A stretch of 64,000 nucleotides of DNA from NCBI RefSeq assembly GCF_006345805.1, contig NC_043005.1, forward strand, positions 11,656,001 to 11,720,000, in the 5' to 3' direction. Origin of the DNA: Octopus sinensis. Its lineage: Eukaryota. Position numbers and translations under genes: made by a program. A model generated the notes under the pieces. It had not been told where the DNA came from, made no database searches, and worked only from the letters and a program-made list of their open reading frames with translations. The first letter of the stretch is position 1; each line of letters begins with the position of its first letter. This document shows positions 52,289 through 64,000 of this stretch, piece after piece.

Positions 52289-54760
52289 CACTGGTCAACA
52301 CGATTTTTGGTACCAAGAAACAAAACACGTTTTTTTAGCTAATTTGATGGTGCTGATTCCGAAAATGAGTAGTTTTTCATGGTTAGCTACCGTTTTTACT
52401 GTACTGAAATTGCTCATTTTTGGAAAAAAGATAAATTTACGATCTTAGCTGATCGCAAAATTTAGTTAAAAATGTATTAGAAACCCATGAATTTTCAGGT
52501 AGGCTGAGCAATTTATGTCAGCCACCTGAAATAAACTAATTTACTGCCAAAATTCAAATTAACTGATTAACTTTATCAGCAACACACTTTAGTAAAGTTG
52601 ATTATTAAGGTGACATAAAAAAATGAAACCATAAAATCTTCTGTTTGATATTCATAAATTTATCCCATCACTTTTTATACCTTCAATGCGGAAGGAAACC
52701 AAGCACATTAAGAGCTTTTGTTTTCACTGTTGGAAAAAAACTCCATCTCAAGACAACCTAATTGAATGCACCTATTCCATTGTACAGGTTGAACATCATT
52801 AAAATGTTTTCACTATAACATCTGCCCTCCACGCGGGATTACGAAGATATAGAGTAGAATCAGCGTAACGACTCTTTCCGTCTTTTGTTATTGACAGTTT
52901 TACGAGTCTTTCCGTAGGAAAGATCCAATTACCTAAATGTGGAACGCAAAGTGTAATGTAAATGCTCAACCAACTCATGTTCTTTTTTAATCATAGAGAT
53001 AGATATCAAATGACATGGCTTCGACGAGAGAATGCAAAAATGATTCCAACTTATTTTGCTATAAATGCGGCGAGTTCACACCGAAGGCCAACAGGAAGCT
53101 GATATCTGACTTTTACAAGAAAGCCTATCCTGCTTACTTTCGCGTCGAGCTTGGTGATCAGGACAAATCATGGGGCCCCTCACATTGTTTGCAAGACATG
53201 TTTGGGACACATGAGACAGTGGACTTCAGGTACCCGAAAATTGCTGAGATTCGCTATTTCTATGATCTGGCGTGAACCAAAGAACTACTCTGATGAATAT
53301 TACTTCTGATTAGTCATTGTTGCGGGGCTGAACCGAAAGAAACGAAGATCTACCGACTATCCCTGTCTTCATTCCGTTATTCGACCACTGCTGCATTCAG
53401 ATGATTTGCCAGTCCCACGTTTTCACGAAAATTTGTTGAAACTTGTTGAAAGTGACGAGTCTGGTACTTAAGTAAATGAAAGACACAGCGAAAACGGCCC
53501 TGACTATGTCCCCGAAACCGTGCCAGAGCCGTTTAACCAAACTGAGCTGAATGATTTGGTTCGGGGCTTAAATCTAAGCAAAGAATCAGCGGAACGTTTG
53601 GCCTGTTGGCTCAACGAAAAACACCTATTAGCAAAAGGCACAAAGATAATATTCTGTTGAAATAAAGATGACGAATTTGTACCATTCTTTAATGAGAACA
53701 CGGACCTTGTTCATTGCAATGACGTTGAGAGCGTTCTTCTTCGACTAGGCGTCCACAAATACGGTCCTGATGAATGGAAGTTATTCATTGATAGCTCAAA
53801 ACGTAGTTTGAAATGTTTTGCTCCATAATACCAACATGTATGCGCCAATACCTTTAGGTCAGTCAACAAAACTGAAAGAAAAGGATGATACCATCAAATA
53901 GATTATAGAACAGATTCACTACACCAAACATAAATGAGTGTTATGTGTCGATTTGAAAATGGCAAATTTCCTGCTTGGTCAACAAAGTGGCGGCACGAAA
54001 TTCCCAAGTTTTTTGTGTACGTGGGACAGTAGAGCAAAAGAGGAGAAATGGAAAAGGAAAAACAATGGCCACCCCGAGAGTTGAAGGCCAGCGAAAAGAC
54101 TGTTATTAGAGCAGCGCTAGTTCCGAAAGAAAAAAAATCATCTTCCCTCCCTTGCATATTAAATTGGGATTAATGAAACCGTATGTAAAATCACTCGACA
54201 AAGAAAGTAAATGTTTTGAGTACATACGTAAATCCTTTCCAGGACTTAGCACCGAAAAACTGAAAACAGGAATGTTTGATGGTCCTGATATTATTAAGGA
54301 TGATGAATTTGTTAATTCAATGAATGACTTGGAATTGCGCGCTTGGACATCGTTTGTTGACATGGTAAAACACTTCTTAGGCAATCACCGGTCCGAAAAC
54401 TACAAGGTGTTAGTGGAAATGCTGTTGAAAAGTCTTCAGAACATAGGCGCTAGTATGAGTATTAAGGTTATTTTTTTACATAGCCATCTAGATAAATTTC
54501 CGGATAATTGCAGCGATGTGAGTGATGAGCAAGGAGAATGATTCCATCAGGATATCAAAATAATGGAAGAGCTCTACGAGGGACGGTGGGACAAACGAAT
54601 GATCGCTGACTACTGCTGGAATATCAAAAGGGACTTAAATAACATTGAGCATGACAGACAATCAAGAAAGAGAAAATGTTTTATCATACTTCTTATGTTC
54701 CCGAAGGTTTTATTTCTGCTGTTAGTTTATTTAATGATTTTATGAAAATACTTGTTGAAA
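52289..54760 (+). mobile_element. Chapaev3-like (CMC superfamily) DNA transposon, right end not found
   Basis: Candidate left end taa|CACTGGTCAAC, followed by the transposase pseudogene. The family name rests on recalled motifs and the CAC/TWA terminus. Confidence 0.65.
53015..54690 (+). pseudogene. Frameshifted DNA transposase
   Basis: FCYKCGEFT..LGDQDKSW(A)PHIVCKTC..MIWREPKNYSDEYYF*..HIKLGLMKPYVKSLDK..KLKTGMFDGP..FLGNHRSENY..MSIKVIFLHSHLDKFPDNCSDVSDEQGE*FHQDIKIMEELYEGRWD..ADYCW. Confidence 0.9.
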
Positions 54761-54886
54761 GAGAGGGAAGGCATAAAGAGACAGAACCTAATGGAAACAG
54801 ATAGAGAGGGGGAGATTTGTCAATCAAAATGTTGAGTTATCTCATGTTGAAAATTATATTTTTCGATTAATATATATATGTATGCT

Positions 54887-55345
54887 AGTTCTAAAATTTT
54901 CTTAAGAGATCAACGGAGTAGTTGTAGTGACAAGTAATATTTGTAGCCACTTTAACATGTTTGTTCCTTCGAAAGGACTCTACTACGATATTTCTAACCC
55001 CAAGAGGACATCTCTCTAGCTGGCTAACGATGCATTCGATAAATTGCTAGTAGGGGAGCGAACACCTACAACCTTCTGGCGATGGGACTAGCAGAACAGT
55101 TCTGGTTTCGGGGTATTTCTGCCCCTCTTCCGTACCAGTCACTTCGTCTGCTAGAGATGGAAGTAGTTCGCTTCTGCTTATAACATATATATATATATTT
55201 CAAGCAAACACAGACGCTGATTTCGCAACAAGCAAAAATGCTAGTTCCAAAATCTCCTTACGAGATTAACGGAGTAGTTGTAGTGACAAGTAATATACGC
55301 AGCCACTTTAACATGGCTGTCCCTTCGAACGGATACTACTGCGAT
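54887..55345. repeat. About 105-bp direct repeats flanking about 250 bp (pLTR/TRIM-like)
   Basis: ctagttc..gagat.aacggagtagttgtagtgacaagtaatat..agccactttaacatg..ccttcgaa.gga..ctact.cgatat at about 54887-54992 and 55242-55345. Confidence 0.8.
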
Positions 55346-55872
55346 ATATATATATATATATATATAGTTCAATGAACGCATTATTAAGAAGCGGGAAATT
55401 GTTTCATGAATTGGAGATGCCCAAGTGCATTACTTACAATAGAGACCATGTTTATTCCTGTATTCTGTAATCTCTGAATCACTCTAACTATGTCTTGATA
55501 TTTCAGAGTTTTGATTGTTACTGTTTTTGTGTAAGAATTTTTTAGCATGAATCTTAACATATAGTCAACATTTCTAAGATACCTCTTACGTCATGTCCAC
55601 ATTTCTAAAATAGGCCTTAGCGTATATTTATGTAAGCTTTCTTTAAAATTTCCTTAAGACATGCCCATGTATCATTAACAAGTTACGCCAAGGATTGTAT
55701 TGCTAATTATAAAGTCTCTGTTGCTGGGTACATCTAGTTGATATGCATTGTTGATCTTTGCATAGTCAAGTAGCTTTAATTTTTCTGCTAGTGTATGCGA
55801 TATTTTTCATATTCTTTCTCTTTTCGTCTATGTGCATGCATATATATATATATGGAGATATATATATATATG

Positions 55873-55919
<47 letters not shown>

Positions 55920-55920
<1 letters not shown>

Positions 55921-56071
55921 CTTTATTACCTACAAGGGACTAAACACAGAGGGGACAAACAAGGACAGATATCGACCCCCAGTGCGTAACTGGTACTTAA
56001 TTTATCGACCCCGAAAGGATGAAAGGCAAAGTCGACCTCGGCGGAATTTGAAATCATAACGTAACGGCAGA
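55920..56071 (-). mobile_element. SINE family A, 5'-truncated and internally deleted
   Basis: Matches the reverse complement of family A; TA tracts on both sides. Confidence 0.88.
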
Positions 56072-56476
56072 CATATATATATATATAGATGGATATATGT
56101 GTGTATGTGTGTGTGCGTCTGTGTGTCTATGTGCGTATGTGTTTCTGTATGTATGTGTGTGTATGTTTGTGTATATGTATCTATATATATGCATTTATCT
56201 GTCTGTCTATCTATCTATCCATGTATCTATATATTTATCTATCTATCTATCAATCTATCTATCTATTTATTCCATCTATTTATCTGTCTTTTATTTATCT
56301 TTGAATTGTCGGAGATATTAGCTGATATCGGTTAAACAGATTGTTGCAGCCCATTTTAAGCATTATGATATACCTGCCGTGTGCGCATGCGTGTGTGCAT
56401 GAGTCTGTGCGCATTTATGCTATGTCCGTGACTGTATTCGTTAATACGAATGACTAAATATGACTGCACATTGCGA

Positions 56477-56533
<57 letters not shown>

Positions 56534-56826
56534 ATACGTGTGTATGCGGGAGACAAAGCAGTACTTATGTTCACATGTATGCCTATATATGTATATATGT
56601 GTGTCTGAGAGTGTCTGTGTGTGAGTCTGTGTGTGTGGAATCCAATCTCTGATTCTTCATCGATTCACGACGGTTTCCATACAAATTAACATTCACTAGA
56701 GACGTGTAAGTGTTTTGCTGTACACATGCTGATAAATCAATAAGTTTCTAGCTATATGTATATTTTAGTCTGACATCGACTCTGATCGATTGTCACTTAA
56801 GTTTCTGGTTTGTCCATGCACACACA

Positions 56827-56870
<44 letters not shown>

Positions 56871-57159
56871 GAAACACATGGAGCTGCGTACATAGATACA
56901 GTTGTTTATATACATACACAAACATATATATTCATAGAAATTCATAGAATCGTAAATGCATGCGTATATGTGTAAATATAAGTGGGAACGGTGCAAGTAC
57001 GTGTATGCAATCTTTTGGAAGCATCAGCCTTTACTGTATTTCACCATTCAGCTTTTCCATTTTACTGGAGTAGCATATGCGATTTATCTGTCTCTATCCA
57101 TCTCTCGCCTCCTATCTCTCTATCTGTGTATTTACACAGAATTATATATACATATACGT

Positions 57160-57829
<670 letters not shown>

Positions 57830-57830
<1 letters not shown>

Positions 57831-58015
57831 ATCATTGTTCGACCGTGGTCGAGACAATGGAATTTACCATGTTGCGCCAGACTTCACGGTCCATCATAGC
57901 ATTACGGAGGTCCTGTTGTTGGATGCCTGTATCCCTGGAGATTACATCAGGGTAGGTGAGTGTGCGCCCTCTGGTGTTGCGAGTAGATGGCTTCCAGAGG
58001 AGAAGAGTAGAAATA
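57830..58015 (-). mobile_element. 3' end of an RTE-like LINE, second copy
   Basis: High identity to 26046-26235; LLLWKPSTRNTRGRTLTYPDVISRDTGIQQQDLRNAMMDREVWRNMV*. Confidence 0.85.
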
Positions 58016-58389
58016 CATACATAGATGCCATGTATATATGGTTTGCGTGTGTGCATCCATACCGTGTAGCATACATTTAGATGTCGCGAATGCGTATGCG
58101 TGCAGTTGTGAGTGCTCGTATGCGATGTGAGCTCGCATTTCTTTGTCACTGTATGTTTATGAGTATTTATGCATTTGTTAATGTCACTCAGAGAGTATAG
58201 TTATAATCATAGATTCCTGCCACGGACAAGTATCTATGGATGTACATATGGACATCAAACACCTGTACGACTATTTATATGTGCATACATAAAGATATAT
58301 AATCATGCATACTAGCAGGCATGCATGCACACGTGCCTAAATCCTTGCATGCATATTGCCGTTTACATATTTGCTTATGTGTTAGTGTG

Positions 58390-58425
<36 letters not shown>

Positions 58426-58819
58426 CTTAGAATAACTTAGAAAGGTTTTTGGCCAGTATTGGCCCAGGCCATGTCATATATAAATAACGTGAAATACACG
58501 AAGGGACGAACATAAGAGACAGACGGGTCATTCAAAGCCTTCGTTCTTCAGTCAGTAACCGATTCCTCATCGCAGATTTCGGCTTGTGTGTGTGTGTGTA
58601 TTTATATATTTCATATAAATGTATGTGCGCATGTGTATATACGTGCATACTGCATTCATATACACAAAGGAGTCTGACTGTTCTTCCTTTCTTTCTCTCA
58701 CTTCACGCATTACAGTTCATGCTTACTTCACGCATTACAGTTCGTGTATTTGTTACATGTATTTTGTCTGGTGTGTGCATGTGGATACATTTTTGTGTTT
58801 TGTACGTGCGAATATGTTT

Positions 58820-59000
58820 GTCTACAAGTATGTATGTATGTATGTATGTATGTATGTATGTATGTATGTATATATATATGTATGTATATATGTATGTATG
58901 TATATATGTGTATATATATATGTATGTCTGTCTGTCTGTCTGTATGTCTGTCTGTATGTATGTATGTATGTATGTATGTATGTATGTATGTATGCATGTA
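58820..59000. repeat. (TATG)n microsatellite
   Basis: Directly visible. Confidence 0.96.
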
Positions 59001-59202
59001 TGCACTTAAACACCCAACGATATGTTTATGTTGGCAGTGGAACGACAAGTGGTTGTGTAGATTGTAAAAGATAGTGAGACGAGGAGTCAGCGAAACAGAT
59101 AAAATGTCTGAGGGTGTACAAATATATTTGGAAAAAGAAAAACAAGCTAACATTCACAATATATGTGTGTTTGTGTGTTTACATATATGTATTTAAATGT
59201 AC

Positions 59203-59450
59203 GTGGAGGTGTGTGGTTTAGTTGTTAGGGTGTCAGCATCACGATCGTAAGTTTGTGGTTTCGATTCCTGGACTGGGCGATGCGTTGTGTTCTTGAGCAA
59301 AACACTTCATTTCCCGTTGCTCCAGTCCACTCAGCTGGCAAAAATGAGTAATGCTGCGATGGACTGGCGTCCCGTCCAGCTGGGGAACACATACGCCATA
59401 GAAATCGGGAGACCGGGCCCATGAACCTGGTTAGGTTTAAAAGGGCGAAA
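59203..59450 (+). mobile_element. SINE family B with CORE-like middle and V-domain-like tail
   Basis: ggtttcgattcc, then gtgttcttgagcaaaacac..ctccagtccactcagctggc, then gctgcgatggactggcgtcccgtccag. Confidence 0.85.
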
Positions 59451-59608
59451 AAATGTATATACACACATACATACACATATACCATACACACATATACACC
59501 ATGCATACACACACACGTGTATGTACACACACGCACACATGCACGCGCAGAATTGTCACTATGATATAGATGTACACAAAGTCACACGCATAGTGGAAAA
59601 CAAGTACA

Positions 59609-59663
<55 letters not shown>

Positions 59664-59699
59664 GCTCACGTATAGTCAGATCTGTTACCACTTATGTTG

Positions 59700-60263
59700 T
59701 ACTTGTTTCAGTCATTGTACTGCGGTCAGGCTGGGGCACTACTTTTAGTAGTTTAGTCACTCTCTTTACTCTTTACACTTATACTTGTTTCAGTCATTGT
59801 ACTGCGGTCAGGCTGGGGCACTACTTTTAGTAGTTTAGTCACTCTCTTTACTCTTTACACTTATACTTGTTTCAGTCATTTGACTGTGGTCATGCTAGAG
59901 CACCACTTTTAGTCGAATAAAATCGACCCCATGACTTATGCTTTGTAAGCCTAGTACTTATTCTATCGGCTCTTTTTGCCGAACCGCTAAGTGACTGGGA
60001 CGAAGACACACCAGCATCGGTTGTCAAGCGATGTTGGGGAGACAAAAACAGACACACAAACACAGACACACAAACACAGAAACATAAATGCACATATATA
60101 CAACGGGCTTCTTTCTACTTCCGTCTACTAATTCCTCTCACAAGGTTTTGGTCGGCCCGAGGCTATAGCAGAAGACACTTGCCCAAGGTGTCACGCTGTA
60201 GGACTGAACCCGGGACCATGTGGTTGGGAAGCAAGCTTCTTACCACACAGCCACTCCTGCCCC
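59700..60263 (-). mobile_element. SINE family C with an 82-bp perfect tandem duplication at its 3' end
   Basis: tacttgtttcagtcatt starts at 59700, 59782 and 59864. Confidence 0.92.
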
Positions 60264-60673
60264 CTTTTACATACATTTAAAAAAAATATGTGATTTATTC
60301 CATCGCAATCTTCTGCCGAACTGTTAAGTTACGAGGATGTAAAAAAAATGACCAATATCGGTAATACGCACTGATGGAAGTCAAACACGAGCGAGCACGC
60401 ACACACATACACGCATATATATACACATATACACATATACGACGGGCTTCTTTCAGTTTTATATTACAGCCACTCACAAAGCTGTGATGGAAGACAAACA
60501 AACGCATGTGCACACATACACAGGCACACACAGATACATACACACACATATACGACAGGTTCCTTAACCACTCACAAGGCTTTAGTTAACCCAGAATACT
60601 AGTCGAAGACACATGCCCAAGGTGCCACATAGATTAACCGGCACATGCCTGCGTCACATGACTATATATGTGT

Positions 60674-61120
60674 GTATGTGTCTGTAGACTTGTCATGCAC
60701 ATAAAATCTTTGGGACAGTGTACGACTGTCACATTTAATTCGTGTTGCGCTGCATGTAATTTTGTTAACCAATCAGTGAACCACAGATCCAGTCGCCGAC
60801 TGGGTATTAACACACGCGAGAAAGAGCACTTTGTTGCTCTGTCTGTCCTGCTTTCTCAGCCCATATTTATTATGGGATGTTATTTTTACTCACACAGGGA
60901 TAAGCACTGATACATATATTAGTATGTTAAATAATTTACAGTTCTATATTTAAGAGATGAGAAATTATTTACATTATTTACAATTGACGGATATTTGTCC
61001 TCATCTTGTTTGTTGTTAACACAACGTTTCGGCTGATATACAATCCAACCTTCATCAGGTGTATTGGGGAAATTTTGAACCTGGGTTCTCATTCCTAAGG
61101 CATTTTTCGCTGTTGTTGCA

Positions 61121-61212
<92 letters not shown>

Positions 61213-61337
61213 GATTATTATTATCTGTGGTTCACTGATTGGTTAACAAAATTACATGCAGCGCCATACGAATTAAATGTGACAGTCGTACACTGTCCCG
61301 AAGATTTTATGTGCATGAGAAGTCTACAGACACATAC
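60674..61337. repeat. 115-bp inverted repeats (60674-60788 and 61223-61337) enclosing SINE E4
   Basis: The arms differ at only a few positions. Confidence 0.93.
60938..61222 (-). mobile_element. SINE family E (copy E4), head missing, HHR intact
   Basis: Reverse complement of 61017-61063 reads tacac-CTGATGA-A-GGTTG gattgtatat CAGCC-GAAAC-GTT-gtgtt. Confidence 0.85.
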
Positions 61338-61369
61338 CGATACTATCCAGTCATTACTATCGAGCTTTA

Positions 61370-61759
61370 TCATTATATATAAAAGTGAAGTTGTGTGTCT
61401 GTCTCCTACGATTTAGATTCTAACTACTCCCAGATTTTGCGGTGCAGTTTGACCAAAACCGGGTATCTTATAGTCGTGATTCATAGCGATCCCTTCTGGG
61501 TATTAGCGCGCGTCTACGATGAGTCTACGATTTTAAAAAGAATTTACCATCAATTTTTCCCATTTTTAATGCATTTTTGGCATATATAAGGGAGGTAACT
61601 CTCTAAAAATTTATTATTAAATCTCAGAACGTAAAAAGCTACAGTAATACCCCCCTTTGTGGTTAGCTATATTGAGATGGCTATTATACTTTACATCTCT
61701 AAAATGCTTATATAGTTATTTCCCTTACAAACCCGAGTAACGCCGGGCGATACTGCTAG
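61370..61759 (+). mobile_element. Non-autonomous Helitron
   Basis: A^TCATTATATATAAAAG..cccgagtaacgccgggcgatactgCTAG^T. Confidence 0.9.
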
Positions 61760-62301
61760 TGGAAGATAAATGTAAAAATGAAGGCAGCCTTACTTTCCTG
61801 CGAATGCTCAGTGATGATGTGGTATGTACGGATCTCGTCTACGGAGAACTTATCTTTCTTACATATTACTTGCTGTGCTCTTCTTACGTGTTCAATGGCT
61901 TTGTTTTTTCGGTTGTCATGTAATATAAAATAACATTAAGGATAATAAGAAATAATGCAAATAAAGAAAAAGAATACATAAGTATAGAAGATAATTTTTC
62001 TTATAAATGAGCCTTTAGAGTACTTTCCTGGGTATTTACAGAAGCATAATACTACGTGAAATTTCGCACACTTTTAAAATTTCTCTTTCTTGGTAGTTTC
62101 ACCAATTTTCTTTTCCACCGTGTGAGCGCTTCCATTCATAATTATTTTTGGTGCAAGCAAACTTGTCGGGATTCACTGCGGGTCACCTACTTCGTAGTAA
62201 AGTCTGCTCTAGTAGTAATTTGTTTTCAATGAACATATTTTAATCACTGAAAAATGCCGACTTCACCAGAAATGGTCGAAGAGAAATCTGTTCCTGGAAA
62301 G

Positions 62302-62479
62302 GGGGCGAGTTGTCAGAAACATTAGCACGCTGGGCGAAATGCTTAGCGGTATTTCGTCAACCGTTACGTTGAGTTCAAATTCCGCCGAGGTCGATTTTCC
62401 CTTTCATCCTTTCGGGGTGGATAAATTAAGTACCAGTGAAGAAAGCACTATTGTTATAACAATAATAATAATAATAATG

Positions 62480-62522
<43 letters not shown>

Positions 62523-62545
62523 TAACTCTGAAATTTTTAGACAAG

Positions 62546-62596
<51 letters not shown>

Positions 62597-62750
62597 TATT
62601 ATTATTATTATTATATTATTATCGTTAATGCAACCAGCTAATGGAAACGTTAGCATGCTAGGCGAATGCTTAGCGGCATTTCGTCCGTCTCTACGTTCTG
62701 AGATCAAATGCCACCGAAGACGACATTGACTTTCATCTTATCGGGGACGA
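62302..62750 (+). mobile_element. Two partial SINE family A copies separated by (AAT)n/(TAT)n
   Basis: 62302-62437 and 62636-62750 match the family A head. Confidence 0.85.
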
Positions 62751-62992
62751 TAGAGTAGGGGCATTTGAACTCTGGAAGTGATGTTATCGAATAGCGCCAC
62801 CTCTGAAAATAACTGGTCTTGTGTTATAGTTTGTTATTATTATATTCATCGTGATTTAAGCAGGAGTTCCGTTGCCTGTACATTGGGCCCTTAGAAGAGG
62901 GCTCAATAAGTGTTAAACGCTTTGCTTAAGTTAGCGTGGCGATTACGAAATGTTAACATCTGTTTTATAAATATATTTTGTGTGGGGTGGGC

Positions 62993-63036
62993 TAAGATGT
63001 TTTTGTATGTGTGTGCGTGTACACATTCATGCAAAG

Positions 63037-63075
<39 letters not shown>

Positions 63076-63123
63076 ATATATATCTTTGCATGAATGTGTA
63101 CACGCACGCTCATACAAAAACAT

Positions 63124-63127
<4 letters not shown>
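62993..63127. repeat. 135-bp palindrome with (TA)n centre
   Basis: taagatgtttttgtatg..gtgcgtgtacacattcatgcaaagat is mirrored by atctttgcatgaatgtgtacacgcac..catacaaaaacatctta. Confidence 0.93.
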
Positions 63128-63204
<77 letters not shown>

Positions 63205-63234
63205 AATAAATATATATATATAAATAAATAAATA

Positions 63235-63271
<37 letters not shown>

Positions 63272-63405
63272 GAATAGAGAGAAAGAGAGAGAGACATAAA
63301 ATCATACCTATATGTATAAATACATGCAAATTTATCTACAAATGTGTGTCTGTGGGTGTGTGTCTATATGTGTGTGCATACATACATATATAAAAATAAA
63401 TGTAA

Positions 63406-63468
<63 letters not shown>

Positions 63469-64000
63469 AACACACACATTTGCCTCATGTAGACATTTTG
63501 TGCAAGAAAGACATCACTGAAAAAAATCACTGAATGATAAAAGCTGAAGATGAAGTTATCTGTATCTAAGATCTGACAAAAATACTGAGTTTGCAAGAAT
63601 AAATAACCAAAAAAAAAAAAAAGAAAATAAGATAAATGATAACTGAAAAAAGATAACTAAAGATATAAAAAAAAAGAGAAACTTTAAAATGAGGAGAAAA
63701 CACACCAGGGTGCGCTGCGATCAAGCATGCTGTTGACGCGAAGATAACAATTTGTACCTGCTTGCCTACTCCCATAAGTTATGTGCGTAACATATAGCTG
63801 TCTGCTCTGCTGTGTACGCTTTTGCTGGTCGTCAACTGCTGAGAACTTCTTTCATAACACACGTTTCTACTAAGACACCACTACCACTAGCGTTATCACT
63901 ACCATCACTACTACATACCGCACAAAAACGACGGCACACTCATGGCGGACGCACATATTTACACATGTTAATTTGTAGTACTTGTACACGCACACACATA

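Noticed and set aside
55095-55145. Minus-strand CGGAAGA-GGGG..CCCC-GAAAC motif between the 105-bp direct repeats
   Set aside because: Core is mutated and stem I does not pair; at most a dead relic.

Overview
AT-rich, microsatellite-saturated eukaryotic DNA, most likely an octopus (cephalopod) intron or intergenic region. This is inferred from SINEs resembling the octopus OK/OR tRNA-SINE families as I recall them; I could not search. I found no intact host protein-coding gene, and almost all listed ORFs are microsatellite artefacts or antisense frames of transposons. The window is a nested transposon graveyard: more than 25 tRNA-derived SINEs with interchangeable modules, three short non-autonomous Helitrons, a decayed R4/Dong-type LINE plus fragments, a mariner carrying an RTE-like LINE tail, a Chapaev3-like transposase pseudogene and three decayed Penelope-like (PLE) ORFs. 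The most striking signal is about 10 hammerhead-ribozyme (HHR) motifs in at least 5 short repeat families. One family is a tRNA-headed, (TAA)n-spaced, hammerhead-tailed SINE in 4 copies, whose TAA tract is itself a landing site for R4/Dong-type elements. Several fold-back (inverted-duplication) insertions are also present, one with a 13-bp target-site duplication. Coordinates were counted by hand and repeat boundaries are approximate. Ribozyme activity and family assignments are untested.
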